DNA from: Welwitschia mirabilis
Taxonomy: Eukaryota
NCBI GenBank assembly: GCA_051453625.1
Contig: JBOZIK010000001.1
Span: 4,869,998-4,907,644, forward strand
Direction of reading: 5' to 3'
Length of the DNA stretch: 37,647 nt
The translations under genes and the position numbers were made by a program. The notes beneath the pieces were generated by a model. That model did not search any database. It was not told where the DNA came from and worked only from the letters and a program-made list of their open reading frames with translations. Of the stretch, positions 22,956-35,404 are shown one piece after another (the first letter of the stretch is position 1; each line of letters starts with the position of its first letter).

Positions 22956-25900
22956 ATGAGAAAATCTAGTAAGCAAGAAAAATATTAGAGAGTGTGGCTA
23001 TTCATTAAAGAAAACATTCGAGAAGATTTGATGACTTCGAATTTAACTTAGGTATGCATATCTTAGTTATGTAAAGCATTTCAAAAATTCTAGAAGAAGA
23101 GATTTCTACATATATTATTTTAGAATTTAATTTTGCAAAAGAAAATTTTTTAGAAGATAGTTTAGAAGATAATTTAGTATAAAATCATTTTATAAATATG
23201 TCTAGTCCATTACAAAAGCAAAAGCAAGTTACTTTGTTAAATTCCCCTATTGTTATTAGAACCCCTATGACTACACCTATAAATCCTCATGCTAATGTTA
23301 CCCTTAGAGAGCTTATAGCTAATAAGAAATGTGAAATTCAATCTTCTTTCAATTTACCTCCTAGTGACAATGTTAAACTTAGGAATTTAAACACTTACCC
23401 CATTTCTAATGGAGAAAATGATGAAGATCCTTTACAACTTATTGCCAACATTGAACAATTAGTATTTACTTTCAGAAATAGTAAGAAACAAAATAAGTGA
23501 TAAAACTTATATGGTAATTTTTCCTATCACTTTAAAAGAAAAAACTAAACTATTATTAAGAATAATTATTCATAAGAGTTTAAAAACATGGAATCAAACT
23601 CAATAAGATTTCATAAAGAGATTCATGAGTGAAACAACCACAAAAAAATTAAATAAAGAAGTAACTAACTTTCAATAAAGGCCTAACAAAGATTATGCCT
23701 CCACCTGTGTGAGATTTNNNNNNNNNNNNNNNNNNNNNNNNNNNNNNNNNNNNNNNNNNNNNNNNNNNNNNNNNNNNNNNNNNNNNNNNNNNNNNNNNNN
23801 NNNNNNNNNNNNNNNNNTTAAATAAAGAAGTAATTAACTTTTAATAAAGGCCTAATAAAGATTATGCCTCCACCTGTGAGAGATTTTTTATTACTTTACA
23901 TTCAAACCTTATAGATTCTTTTTTTCAAGAACAATTAGTAAACTACTTTTATAGTGGACTTAATAGTCAAACTAAGCAACTTGTTGATTTTTCATGTAGA
24001 AGAAATTTAATAAGCCTTACACTAGAAAATGCTTGAATAATATTGGAGAAGTTAGTGGCAGTGAGTTAAACTTGATCTAAATCCTCCTCTAAGGAACATC
24101 ACATAGTAGACCAAATCATTAAAGATATTAAAGAGGTTAATCAAGATAAGGAGGAAGTAAAAACTAAAAAAGAACCAACTAATATCATTAAGCATTTCAT
24201 CATAAATTTAGAGAAATGTACTTAGATTATCTTAGATGGAAAGATGAAAATAGAAAAGAGTGTGATTGTAGTTCCAACTTGTGATTTATATGAATATAAC
24301 TACCATGTGATAAAATATTATCCTTTGCTACAAACCTATTAAGAAAATATTTATGAAGAAGTGTGTACTTTTAATCAAGATCTTCAAACTAAAATTAAAA
24401 TTAAAATCAAATACAAAATCAAAATAACTTTTAACCTAGGATTAATGGATAAGAAAATTTTCAATATTTTGAAAAAAATTTAAAAACTTTTAAATAAATC
24501 ATCCTAATTTCCAACCATTTAGAAAAAGATTTAAGAATGTAAATTTCGAACTAAATAACTTTAGTAATCAAGCAAGCACATCCAACTCATAGAATCAAAG
24601 TGATCCACTTAGAGATTCCACTAATGAGTTGATAAAAATCTAAAATAAAACAAATTTCAACATTAAAAATCTTGTTATTATTTTACAACAAACTATAGTT
24701 GCTAATAAAAGGCCACAAGGATCACTTATAATAAAACCTTTACCAAACCCTAATGAAGTTAAGAAAGATTGTAAGATTGTGAAAAAAAGAAGAAATGATA
24801 CAACACCTCCTACCCATAAGGCTTCAACATCTCAAAGTGATAAAAATAATAAGGAAGAAGAGGATATAGAAATTTTAGAAAATCATTATTTTCCTTCTCC
24901 CTTAAATGATAAAAAGAAAAATGCTTCTTANNNNNNNNNNNNNNNNNNNNNNNNNNNNNNNNNNNNNNNNNNNNNNNNNNNNNNNNNNNNNNNNNNNNNN
25001 NNNNNNNNNNTAATATAAAATGTGAACATAAATTTACCATTTTAAAAACTTTTTCAAGAGAATTATAAATATTCTAAGTTATATAATGATCTAAGTAAAA
25101 GAAAATAGAAATGAATTATACCTAAACAAAATCTTCCTAGCCTAATCCATAAACAACTTAATCTTACAAAAATGTCCAAAGTTTAAAGATTCAGGGGCAG
25201 CAACTATTATTACTACTTTATAATGGAACAAAAGAATAAAGAAAGCCTTGATTGATGTAAGAGCAAGTGTCAACATTATACCCTTAAATATTTATTAACA
25301 ACTTGGGTTAGAAAGTGGAATTGAGACTATAAGAATTGTTTTAGAACTAGTAGATACATTAGTTAAGAAATCTTTAAGCATGATTAAAGATTTAGTGATT
25401 TAAATTAAAAAAGCCTTATACCCTATTAATTTGATTATGATTGAAGTTAAACATCATAGTGGTTATCCATTACTTCTAAGTAGAGCTTTTTGTATAATAA
25501 CCCATTACATTATTGATACTAGAGGAGGAATAATGGAATGTTATTTAGGGAATAAGAATTTTACAAAAAGGGTATTTGATGCTACTAAAAAAGATTTAGA
25601 TAATGATTTAAGTGTTAAATAAGTTATTAAACTAAGTTTATTTTTATAATATCATCCACTTGAAAAAATATGATCAATGATTCATGAGCTATCTTTGTTT
25701 GATGATCCACTTAAAGTATACAACTTGAAAATTTTCGATGATGATCAACTTGATTTTAAGAGTTTAGAAATTGATTATTTTGATTAGGAGAGTAGAAAGA
25801 TTAAATATGATAACTATTTAAAAGTTTGAGATTTAAACAAAACTAAGATTTCTTATTTTGAAAGCGGTCATCCACTACTAACATCCACATGATAATCTAA

Positions 25901-28900
25901 TATGATAGTCATTTTTTGTAAAATTTAATGAAAATAAAAATACGAATTTAAATATGAATTTGAAANNNNNNNNNNNNNNNNNNNNNNNNNNNNNNNNNNN
26001 NNNNNNNNNNNNNNNNNNNNNNNNNNNNNNNNNNNNNNNNNNNNNNNNNNNNNNNNNNNNNNNNNAGTTTAGAAATTGATAATTTTGATTAGGATAGTAG
26101 AAAGACTAAATATGATAACTATTTAGAAGTTTGAGATCTAAACAAAACTAAGATTTCTTATTTTGAGAGCGGTCATCCACTACTAACATCCACATGATAA
26201 TATAAGATGATAGTCATTTTTTGTAAAATTTAATGAAAATAAAAATATGAATTTAAATCTGAATTTTAAACCTTTACCTAGTAGACTAAAATATATCTTT
26301 TTGTATAATGTTTAGAACAAATCCTTGATAATAAATAAAAATCTATTTCTATAATAAGAATCAAGCTTAATCTCATTTTTGAAATCTAAGATAAATGTGT
26401 TTTNNNNNNNNNNNNNNNNNNNNNNNNNNNNNNNNNNNNNNNNNNNNNNNNNNNNNNNNNNNNNNNNNNNNNNNNNNNNNNNNNNNNNNNNNNNNNNNNN
26501 NNNAATAAAAATACGAATTTAAATATGAATTTGAAATCTTTACCTAATAGACTAAAATATATCTTTTTGTATAATGATTAGAACAAAACCTTAATAATAA
26601 ATAAAAATATATTTCTATAACAAGAATCAAGCTTAATCTCATTTTTGAAATCTAAGATAAATGTGTTTTCTTGATTCTGATTTAATAACCATTCTTACCT
26701 TAAATTGTTCTACATAAAATCTACCTTAAGAATAATGTAAAACCTATTAGATTACCTTAACATAGGCTTAATATATCCCTGAAGCAAGTTATAAAAGATA
26801 AAATCATTAAGTTAATAGATGCTAGAATTGTTTATGTTATAACTGATCATGAGTGAATTAATAGTAATACTTAAGAAAGAAGGGAAATGGAGATGTGCAT
26901 TGATTTTAGAAAATTAAATAAAGTAACAAAAAAAGATCATCGTATTTTGCCTTTTTTTAATTNNNNNNNNNNNNNNNNNNNNNNNNNNNNNNNNNNNNNN
27001 NNNNNNNNNNNNNNNNNNNNNNNNNNNNNNNNNNNNNNNNNNNNNNNNNNNNNNNNNNNNNNGATCACTGTATTTTGCTTTTTTTTTAATTAGATACTTG
27101 ATAAAATTCAAGAACATGCTTTCAATTATTTTATCAATGAATATAGTGATTACAATTAGGTTTGTATTACTAGTGAGGATCAGGTAAAAACTACTTTTAC
27201 TTCATCTTTTGGTACTTTTGCTTATAGATGCATGTCTTTTGGAATTTGTAATGCTTCTAATACTTTTCAACATGTAATGATGGATATTTTTTTAGATATG
27301 TTAGAAGATTCAATAGAAATTTTTATGATGACTTATTTATCTATAGTGAAAGCTTTGACCAAATCTTAGAAAGATTAGAGAAAGTCCTTGATAGATGCAT
27401 TTATAGTGGCCAACATTTGAGTTGAGAGAAAAGTCCCTTTTTAGTTAATAGTAAAATCATTTTAGGTAAATATATTTTAGAAAAAGGGATTAAGATAAAT
27501 CTTGAGAAGGTTAGTATCATTCAAAACCTAACTTCTCCAATCAATGTAAAACAAGTTCGATTCTTCCTTGGTCATTATGATTTTTATCATCAATGTATTT
27601 AAGATTCTACAAAAATTTATAAACCCCTTCATCTATTACTAGAAAANNNNNNNNNNNNNNNNNNNNNNNNNNNNNNNNNNNNNNNNNNNNNNNNNNNNNN
27701 NNNNNNNNNNNNNNNNNNNNNNNNNNNNNNNNNNNNNNNNNNNNNNNNNNNNNNNNNNNNNNNNNNNNNNNNNNNNNNNNNNNNNNNNNNNNNNNNNNNN
27801 NNNNNNNNNNNNNNNNNNNNNNNNNNNNNNNNNNNNNNNNNNNNNNNNNNNNNNNNNNNNNNNNNNNNNNNNNNNNNNNNNNNNNNNNNNNNNNNNNNNN
27901 NNNNNNNNNNNNNNNNNNNNNNNNNNNNNNNNNNNNNNNNNNNNNNNNNNNNNNNNNNNNNNNNNNNNNNNNNNNNNNNNNNNNNNNNNNNNNNNNNNNN
28001 NNNNNNNNNNNNNNNNTGATTAAATGCATCCTCATCTTGTAAGAATTTAATTTAGCCATCATTGATAAAGTAAGAAAGCATAATAGTTTTACTGATCATT
28101 TGTCTTGTCTTTATTCCTATCTTGATGAACTTATGATTGATGATTATTTTCTAGATGAACAACCTTTTTTTATATTCTCTACTCATCCTCACCCTTAATA
28201 TGCTCATGTTGTTAATTACCTTATTACCATAAAAAAACTACAATATTGGACTTATAATCAAAGAAAATCCTTTCTCTATAGAATAAGTGACTATGAATGG
28301 ATAGAACCACATCTTTATTAGAGGTTTAAAGACTAAATTATGCAAAAATGTGTGCTTGATTNNNNNNNNNNNNNNNNNNNNNNNNNNNNNNNNNNNNNNN
28401 NNNNNNNNNNNNNNNNNNNNNNNNNNNNNNNNNNNNNNNNNNNNNNNNNNNNNNNNNNNNNCACCACAAAATTGGACTTATAATCAAAGAAAATACTTTC
28501 TCTATAGAATAAGTGACTATGAATGGATAGAACCACATCTTTATTATAGGTTTAAAGACTAAATTATGCAAAAATGTCTGCTTGATTGGGAAAAATATAA
28601 CATGATCTATCTTTATCATGCTGATGATTGTGGAGGTTATTTTACTAGATAAAAAATAGCTATAAAAATTCTTCACTCTAGTTTTTATTAGCCTACTCTT
28701 TTTTAGGATTTTTTTGANNNNNNNNNNNNNNNNNNNNNNNNNNNNNNNNNNNNNNNNNNNNNNNNNNNNNNNNNNNNNNNNNNNNNNNNNNNNNNNNNNN
28801 NNNNNNNNNNNNNNNNNNNNNNNNNNNNNNNNNNNNNNNNNNNNNNNNNNNNNNNNNNNNNNNNNNNNNNNNNNNNNNNNNNNNNNNNNNNNNNNNNNNN

Positions 28901-30254
28901 NNNNNNNNNNNNNNNNNNNNNNNNNNNNNNNNNNNNNNNNNNNNNNNNNNNNNNNNNNNNNNNNNNNNNNNNNNNNNNNNNNNNNNNNNNNNNNNNNNNN
29001 NNNNNNNNNNNNNNNNNNNNNNNNNNNNNNNNNNNNNNNNNNNNNNNNNNNNNNNNNNNNNNNNNNNNNNNNNNNNNNNNNNNNNNNNNNNNNNNNNNNN
29101 NNNNNNNNNNNNNNNNNNNNNNNNNNNNNNNNNNNNNNNNNNNNNNNNNNNNNNNNNNNNNNNNNNNNNNNNNNNNNNNNNNNNNNNNNNNNNNNNNNNN
29201 NNNNNTTTTTATTAGCCTACTCTTTTTTAGGATTCTTTTGATTTTGCTAAAATATATGAACCTTTTCAGTATTATGATAGACTTATTTGTATTTAAGATA
29301 TGCTTATTAAATCCATTCTTAAAAGTGAACCTTTTGATTATTTGGAAATTAATTTTATATGTCCTATTTACCTCTCTTATAATGATAATAATTTTATTTT
29401 AGTGGCTATAAATTATATTACTAAATGAGTTAAATCTATTCCTACTTTCATGAATGATGTCCAAACTATTTCTGCTCTTCTTAGAACTCATATTTTTCAA
29501 CATTTTGATTTTTCTAGAATTATCTTTAGTGATCAAGAAACTCATTTTATAAATCAAAATTTTATTAAACTTCTTTTGGCCATTGTAATAGAACATAGAG
29601 TATTTTATACTTATCATCCACAAATCAATGGTTAAGCTGAAAATGCAAATAAAGAAATTAAGAAAATGTTACAAAAATTTATCTCTATTAACAAGAAATC
29701 TTGGGCTTCTAAGCTTAATGATGTTCTTTAAGCTTATCATATTACTTAATGTAATTCTCTTGGTTTTTCACTTTATGAACTTATGTACTAAAAATTTTGT
29801 GTTTTACCTATTGATGTGTGTTATAACTCTTATCATACTAGACCTTCATGAGAATCTAAAACATAGATTCTTCCAACTAGATCATCTTAATGAGAAATGT
29901 ACTCATGCTATACATCATCAATTAATTTAGAAAGCCTAAGCTAAGTTTAAACATGATAGAAAGTTACTTCATAAAATGTTTGAGCTTGGTCAAATTGTTC
30001 TTTTATGTAATACTAGAGTACACCCTTTAAATAATAAGTTGACCTCTAAATGGTTAGGTCTTTATCTCAAAATGAAATTACATTATAATGGCTCTATTAA
30101 GATTTCTAACTTAAAAACTAAGAATATTCAGAAAGTTGCTGAAAAAAGGTTGAAACTATATGAAAATTCTTTTGATGCAACCTTGAACATAATAGAAGCA
30201 CTTGTTTTAGAGGTTCCTCTCAATGAAAAGGACTTCCATCATATCATTATTTGA
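22956..30254 (+). pseudogene. pol: Degenerate gag-pol of element B
   Basis: gag: ORF 23198-23500 (YPISNGENDEDPLQLI). Protease remnants ~25250-25560 (ASVNIIP; YPLLLSRAF). RT: MCIDFRKLNKVTKKDH and EDQVKTTFTSSFGTFAYRCMSFGICNASNTFQ, with a frameshifted FMDD at ~27322. Integrase: IIFSDQETHF...YHPQING. C-terminal FELGQIVLL...SKWLGLY (GPY/F-type motif), no chromodomain. RNase H lies mostly in the gap 27647-28016. Start approximate. Confidence 0.92.
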
Positions 30255-32469
30255 ATTATTTCTTGCCTTATTCCATTGGTGGATGTTGTGATGTCACTTA
30301 ATCAACTTTTAAACTTGACTTATGTGTTTCTTTATGATATTTCTATGATTAGTATTCAAACTTGAATATTTTATAGTGATAAGATTGGATTTACCCAATC
30401 TTGAGACATTCCCATATCTATGAACTTTACTTTGAAGAAGGATGTCTTAGTTCTTGTGCCTTTTTTCAATGATGTAAGTTCTTTGGTTATCTAGATGTAT
30501 TCTTTTCTATCTTTCATCTCACTTATTCACCTTTATCTTCTTGAGTGTCTGATCATGTGGGAATTATTTGGAAAAAAAAAAATATTATCCAAAAAAAAGG
30601 GAAAAAAGAGAGAGAAAATAATTACCAATGTCTATTGTATTTGTGCTTAAAAAAATGCATGGTCATCATGATGTCCTATCATACCAAGATAAATATTTCT
30701 AAAAGAAGCCTTTGATAGCATTGGTAGCTATGAAAACTCCATTGAAGAGTTAGCTAGCCATGCTTCACAAGTCCTTACTTCTCTAATTGTGGTTGTACTT
30801 CCCTCATCACCAAAAAGTTATAACAAGCTTTTAATCTATGGGATCAGGTGTGTTATTAGTATCATTAGATGCATTTCTTGTTTTCTAGACTCTTAGTATT
30901 CCCATACAATTATTTCACTTTGAAAGATTTAAGTGTGTTTTTGGGATGTGAGTATGTGAGTTTATTTCTAACTAGCTTTTAATCTTATCATTTATTATTC
31001 TAAGCAATTGATTTTTGGGTATCCTTATAATAACTACCCTTTTAAGTGGAACTTTATGAAGTTGATACATTTTGTTATGCATTTTTACTCAGGTGGCTTT
31101 ATGATGTCTTCCATGGGAGTTTTATAAGTTAGAATTTAGGATAGGCAAGTAATCTTCTCCATATTTCTTATGTCTATTTTGATTTTACTTTTCTTTGGTC
31201 TTTCATTTTGTTATTTTAAAGTCATTTCTATGTTTTCTCATCTCCACATAGGATCTTATCATTTAGTAGTTTTATTTGTTATTAGTCATTACATATTATT
31301 TTCTTGTAATATTAAAATTAAATAGATAATCATTTATGCTTCATAGTTTTTATGAGATTCATTATATCATTTAGATTTCTATACTTTATCTTGTTTATTT
31401 GTTTAGTTTGGATACATTTATTCAATTTCATTTTAAGTTTCAACCTAGTTAATATGTTTTCATTAGCTCTATTTTTCATTTGTTTTGAGTTTTTCTTGTT
31501 ATCCTAATATACCACATCTTTTTATCATTTTCACTTTTTTCAAGCTTTCTGATAAATTCTGTTACCTTCATTATAATATCTGAGCCTAAATTTCTTGACT
31601 AATATCTTAATTTTTAAAATAAAAAACTTTAAAGTCTCATTATTTACCTTGTCATATAGACAACATAGGTAAATGATTGACATGATTTTTTGGGAGTCAT
31701 CCTAGGGCTATTATCTGGACAATGTGACTAGCTAACAGTGTGATAAAACCATAGCTTGACTTCTTTTTCATCCTTTTTATTTATTTATCTATTATTTCTA
31801 ATCATTTATTTAAGAGGAAATAATCCCTCTAATCCATGCCAATTTGTTAGGTCTTATCCCTGTCTGATTCGCTCATAGATTTTCTAGATTTTTGTGATTT
31901 CTCAAAAATGAGGTATGTTTTTATTTCCCTTATCTTTTTCAGTTTTTTCTTTCATTTCTTAGCATTTCAATGGGTAGTTTTCATGTATGTTGATCAATTT
32001 TTCACACGCATTGTTTAAAAACTTATGGATCTTATTTTTGTTGCATATTTTAAAAGATATGATTAATTGTTTATTTTAGGAGGTAAACTTACGTTTTTAC
32101 CTCTTACACTTAATTTCTCATAAATCATAAACCAAAACATAGTGGTCTTTTATGATACATTGATTAGTTCAATGTTTTTTACATTTCTATCAAATTAGAT
32201 TTTTCATTTGAGCACTTTAAATTTTTGCCTTGTGTGAGGCCTACTACAAAACTATTTTTATAATTCTTGCATGTTTCAAAATTTTATTCTCATGACTAGG
32301 TAATATAGTACATACTGATACTTTTGGAGTGAAAGTCAAGACATAGTTTCATATTTTTTTACTTTTTGTTCTAATTATGAGGGTTGTTTTGAGCATCCAT
32401 GCAATATATTTAGTTATGTCCATTAGATCTCGCATAACATTTACATTTTTTTGATTAAGTAGATTCCAC

Positions 32470-34030
32470 ATGTATAAACCTAAAGAGGTTGGGGCTAAGG
32501 CTAAGGCTATAGAGTAGGAGGAAAATTCATTAGTATCACCAGAGGTAGTGTGTATGGAGCCTGTGCATCCCCTAGCTTAACATGGATGATCACTTATAAT
32601 TCAGACTACCATTAACTATGTCAAGAGATAATTTAGAGACTTTATGAATTGGTTGGAGCTAGAAGTCAATTAGAGATTTACTAATTTATAGCTTTATTGG
32701 ATTTTGAATTTGCATAGGGGATATTATGTTTCAGAGACCAGAGAGTTCTATGACACCATGCACATGGAGTGATGACTTGATTCTTGTGGTTACTTAATGG
32801 ATATGATTATAGCTTTGATATGAGATCATAAGATAGTAGTATTTCCAAACCACATTAGAGCTATTACAAAACTAGGTGGTATTGGTGATCTATACATTTA
32901 TTTTACTAGTGGGACTGAGGAGTATCATACATATGATACATCATTAGACATTTTAGTAGAGGTGATCGTGGATAGCTAGGGTATTCTTATGACATAGTTG
33001 ATCCTAGCCTATACAGTTTTACATAAAGGGCTCATTCACAACATTAGCTCATGTTTTCATGATAGTCATGACATGGTAGAAAATCTTTAGATATTGGCAG
33101 CATTTAGATAGGATGAGTGGATGAACTTATCTACTTTTATATAGAAAAGGCTTAGGTCCATGGTTGAGGCATTAAAGTTACAAACTCTGGGATATCCATG
33201 TCTCCTCTCAGCCATGTTTTGATGCTTTAAGATATCAGAGCCTAAGGGTAAGCAGTGCCTTACTTACATTTAAACTTCAACTCACTATTNNNNNNNNNNN
33301 NNNNNNNNNNNNNNNNNNNNNNNNNNNNNNNNNNNNNNNNNNNNNNNNNNNNNNNNNNNNNNNNNNNNNNNNNNNNNNNNNNNNNNNNNTTTTCATGATA
33401 GTTAAGTCATGGTATCTTACTTATAGATATTAAAAGCATTCAGGTAGGAAGAACAAATAGACTTGCCTCCTTGCATATGAAGGAGACTTAGGTCCATAGT
33501 TGAGGCATGACAGTTATAGACTTTAGGATATCCATTCCTTCTCTTAGCCATGTTTCAATGGTTTAAGACACCGAAGCCCATGAATGAGTAGTATCTTATT
33601 CATATTCAGACTTTAACTTGTAATCTATAAGACATGAGTATATAGGTACTAGAAGAGGTAGAGATACCTTAGGTTCAAAGACCTATAATTAAAGTATAAT
33701 TAGAGCAGATCTAGATCCTCCTAACAGAGATCATTAAGACCATCATGAACTTAATTAATAGAGGTATCTCGATGCTTAATCAGAGGATCTAAACATCTAA
33801 GCAGAGGATCCAAATAGTTAAGAGAAGAGTGTAGTACTCTGAGAAGTAGCTAGTCGATGTACATCAGCATGTCGTATTTATTAAGTAAAGTGTAAGAGTT
33901 GAACCTTCAGAGGCAGTCTGTGTACATGTAGATGAGATAGTTTACTTCATCTCTACATCATTAGATCTCTATTTCTTTTTAGATCCTTAGCATCCTTCTT
34001 CTTATTCTCCTACACTTGAGCCTACTTCAC
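32470..34030 (+). pseudogene. Degenerate env-like additional ORF of an Athila-type element
   Basis: ATG 32470 is in frame with FMNWLELEVN*RFTNL*LYWILNLHRGYYVSETREFYDTM (32641-32760) and ILAYTVLHKGLIHNI...WMNLSTFI*KRLRSMVEALKLQTLGYPCLLSAMF (33001-33220). These resemble the Y-x3-VREFY, LH-x3-HN and LPYPxLI motifs of Athila env-like ORFs. Position between pol and the 3' LTR fits. End approximate. Confidence 0.7.
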
Positions 34031-34579
34031 ATTCTAAGTTTATTATGAGGCATTGAGGGGAGTAATTTATGTCATCTTTTATATCTTCCTTGTTATATTA
34101 ATTTTTGTACTTAAAACTCATACTTATTATATATACATATCTTATTTTGAGTTTTAGCATAGTGTACTTTTCTTTGACTTTCATGCTTATCTTTCTTTTT
34201 ACATTTCACAATGAGAATTGGTTATATTTCTCATGATCATTTTACTTATTTACTGTACATTTTAATGGGGGGCCATTAATTATTAGTGTATTGTTGATTA
34301 TCTTTCTAAAAATTTTTGTCATAGGTTTCTATTTTCCACAAATAATTTTTGAGCCTATTGTCCTCCATATCATCCAAAACACCACCTAAATGATGGTAGG
34401 TCTAGTATTGTAAATAGGTAAAATGTTTAATTTTTTATTTTTACCAATTTATTCTATATCTTTAAGACTTCTAAATTTTTTTTAACATGATTTTTTAATA
34501 TATTACTTGTTTTTATTATTGGACAGGTTGGTCCATAATCTTGGTTAACTGCCTAGTTTTATCATGTATTGATAAGGAT

Positions 34580-34592
34580 AAGTAAGGGGCTA
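34580..34592 (+). promoter_or_regulatory. PPT of element B (copy 1)
   Basis: aagtaaggggcta directly precedes the LTR start TGTTG at 34593. Confidence 0.75.
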
Positions 34593-34855
34593 TGTTGTGC
34601 TACAAACTTGTATATATTTGATAGATGTTTTGAGTAGTTTTATAGGATATTAAATAGATTTATGCTAGATTTCTATGATAATGGAGAGTTAAGATCAAAC
34701 ATACCAAAGCATGCAATCTTTATTACATTTTATAACATTTAAGGTAGTTTATAATATCTTTAATCTAAATTAAAATTCCTGCAAACATTAATGCTAATGC
34801 ATTACATGAAGAACTATTAAAAAGCCATCATCTAGATGGCTATACAAACTATAAA
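34593..34855 (+). repeat. Start of a 3' LTR of family B (copy 1, cut by gap)
   Basis: Colinear with 20622-~20890. Confidence 0.8.
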
Positions 34856-35391
34856 NNNNNNNNNNNNNNNNNNNNNNNNNNNNNNNNNNNNNNNNNNNNN
34901 NNNNNNNNNNNNNNNNNNNNNNNNNNNNNNNNNNNNNNNNNNNNNNNNNNNNNNNATTTTGAGTTTTAACATGGTATATATTTCTTTGATTTTCATGCTT
35001 ATCTTATCATTTTCAACTTTCACAATGAGGATTAGTTATACTCCTCATGATTATTTTACTTATTTACTGTACATTTTAGTGGAGGGTTATTAATTATTAG
35101 TGTATTTATTGATTATCTATCTAAAAGTTTTATCATAGCTTTCTATTTTTCAAGAATAATTTTTGAGTCTTTCATCCCTCATATCATCTGAAAGATTAAC
35201 CGGACAATAGTATGATTGGTATCTTAAATAGGTGAAATGTTTAGTTTTATGTTTCTAATAATTTAGTCTTTATCTCTAAGATTTTTGAAAATTCTTTCTG
35301 AGAAAATTTTTCAATCCTTAGTTGTTTTTAATTGTTGGTTAAGTTAGTTCATAATCATGGTTAATTGCCTAGTTTAGGAACTGATAAGGCT

Positions 35392-35404
35392 AAGTGGAGG
35401 ACTA
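35392..35404 (+). promoter_or_regulatory. PPT of family B (copy 2)
   Basis: aagtggaggacta directly precedes TGTTATGC at 35405. Confidence 0.7.

Noticed and set aside
30560..30625. A-rich purine tract as a PPT, or as the poly(A) tail of a LINE/SINE
   Set aside because: Not adjacent to an LTR start and no TSD seen; A-rich tracts are common in Athila non-coding regions.
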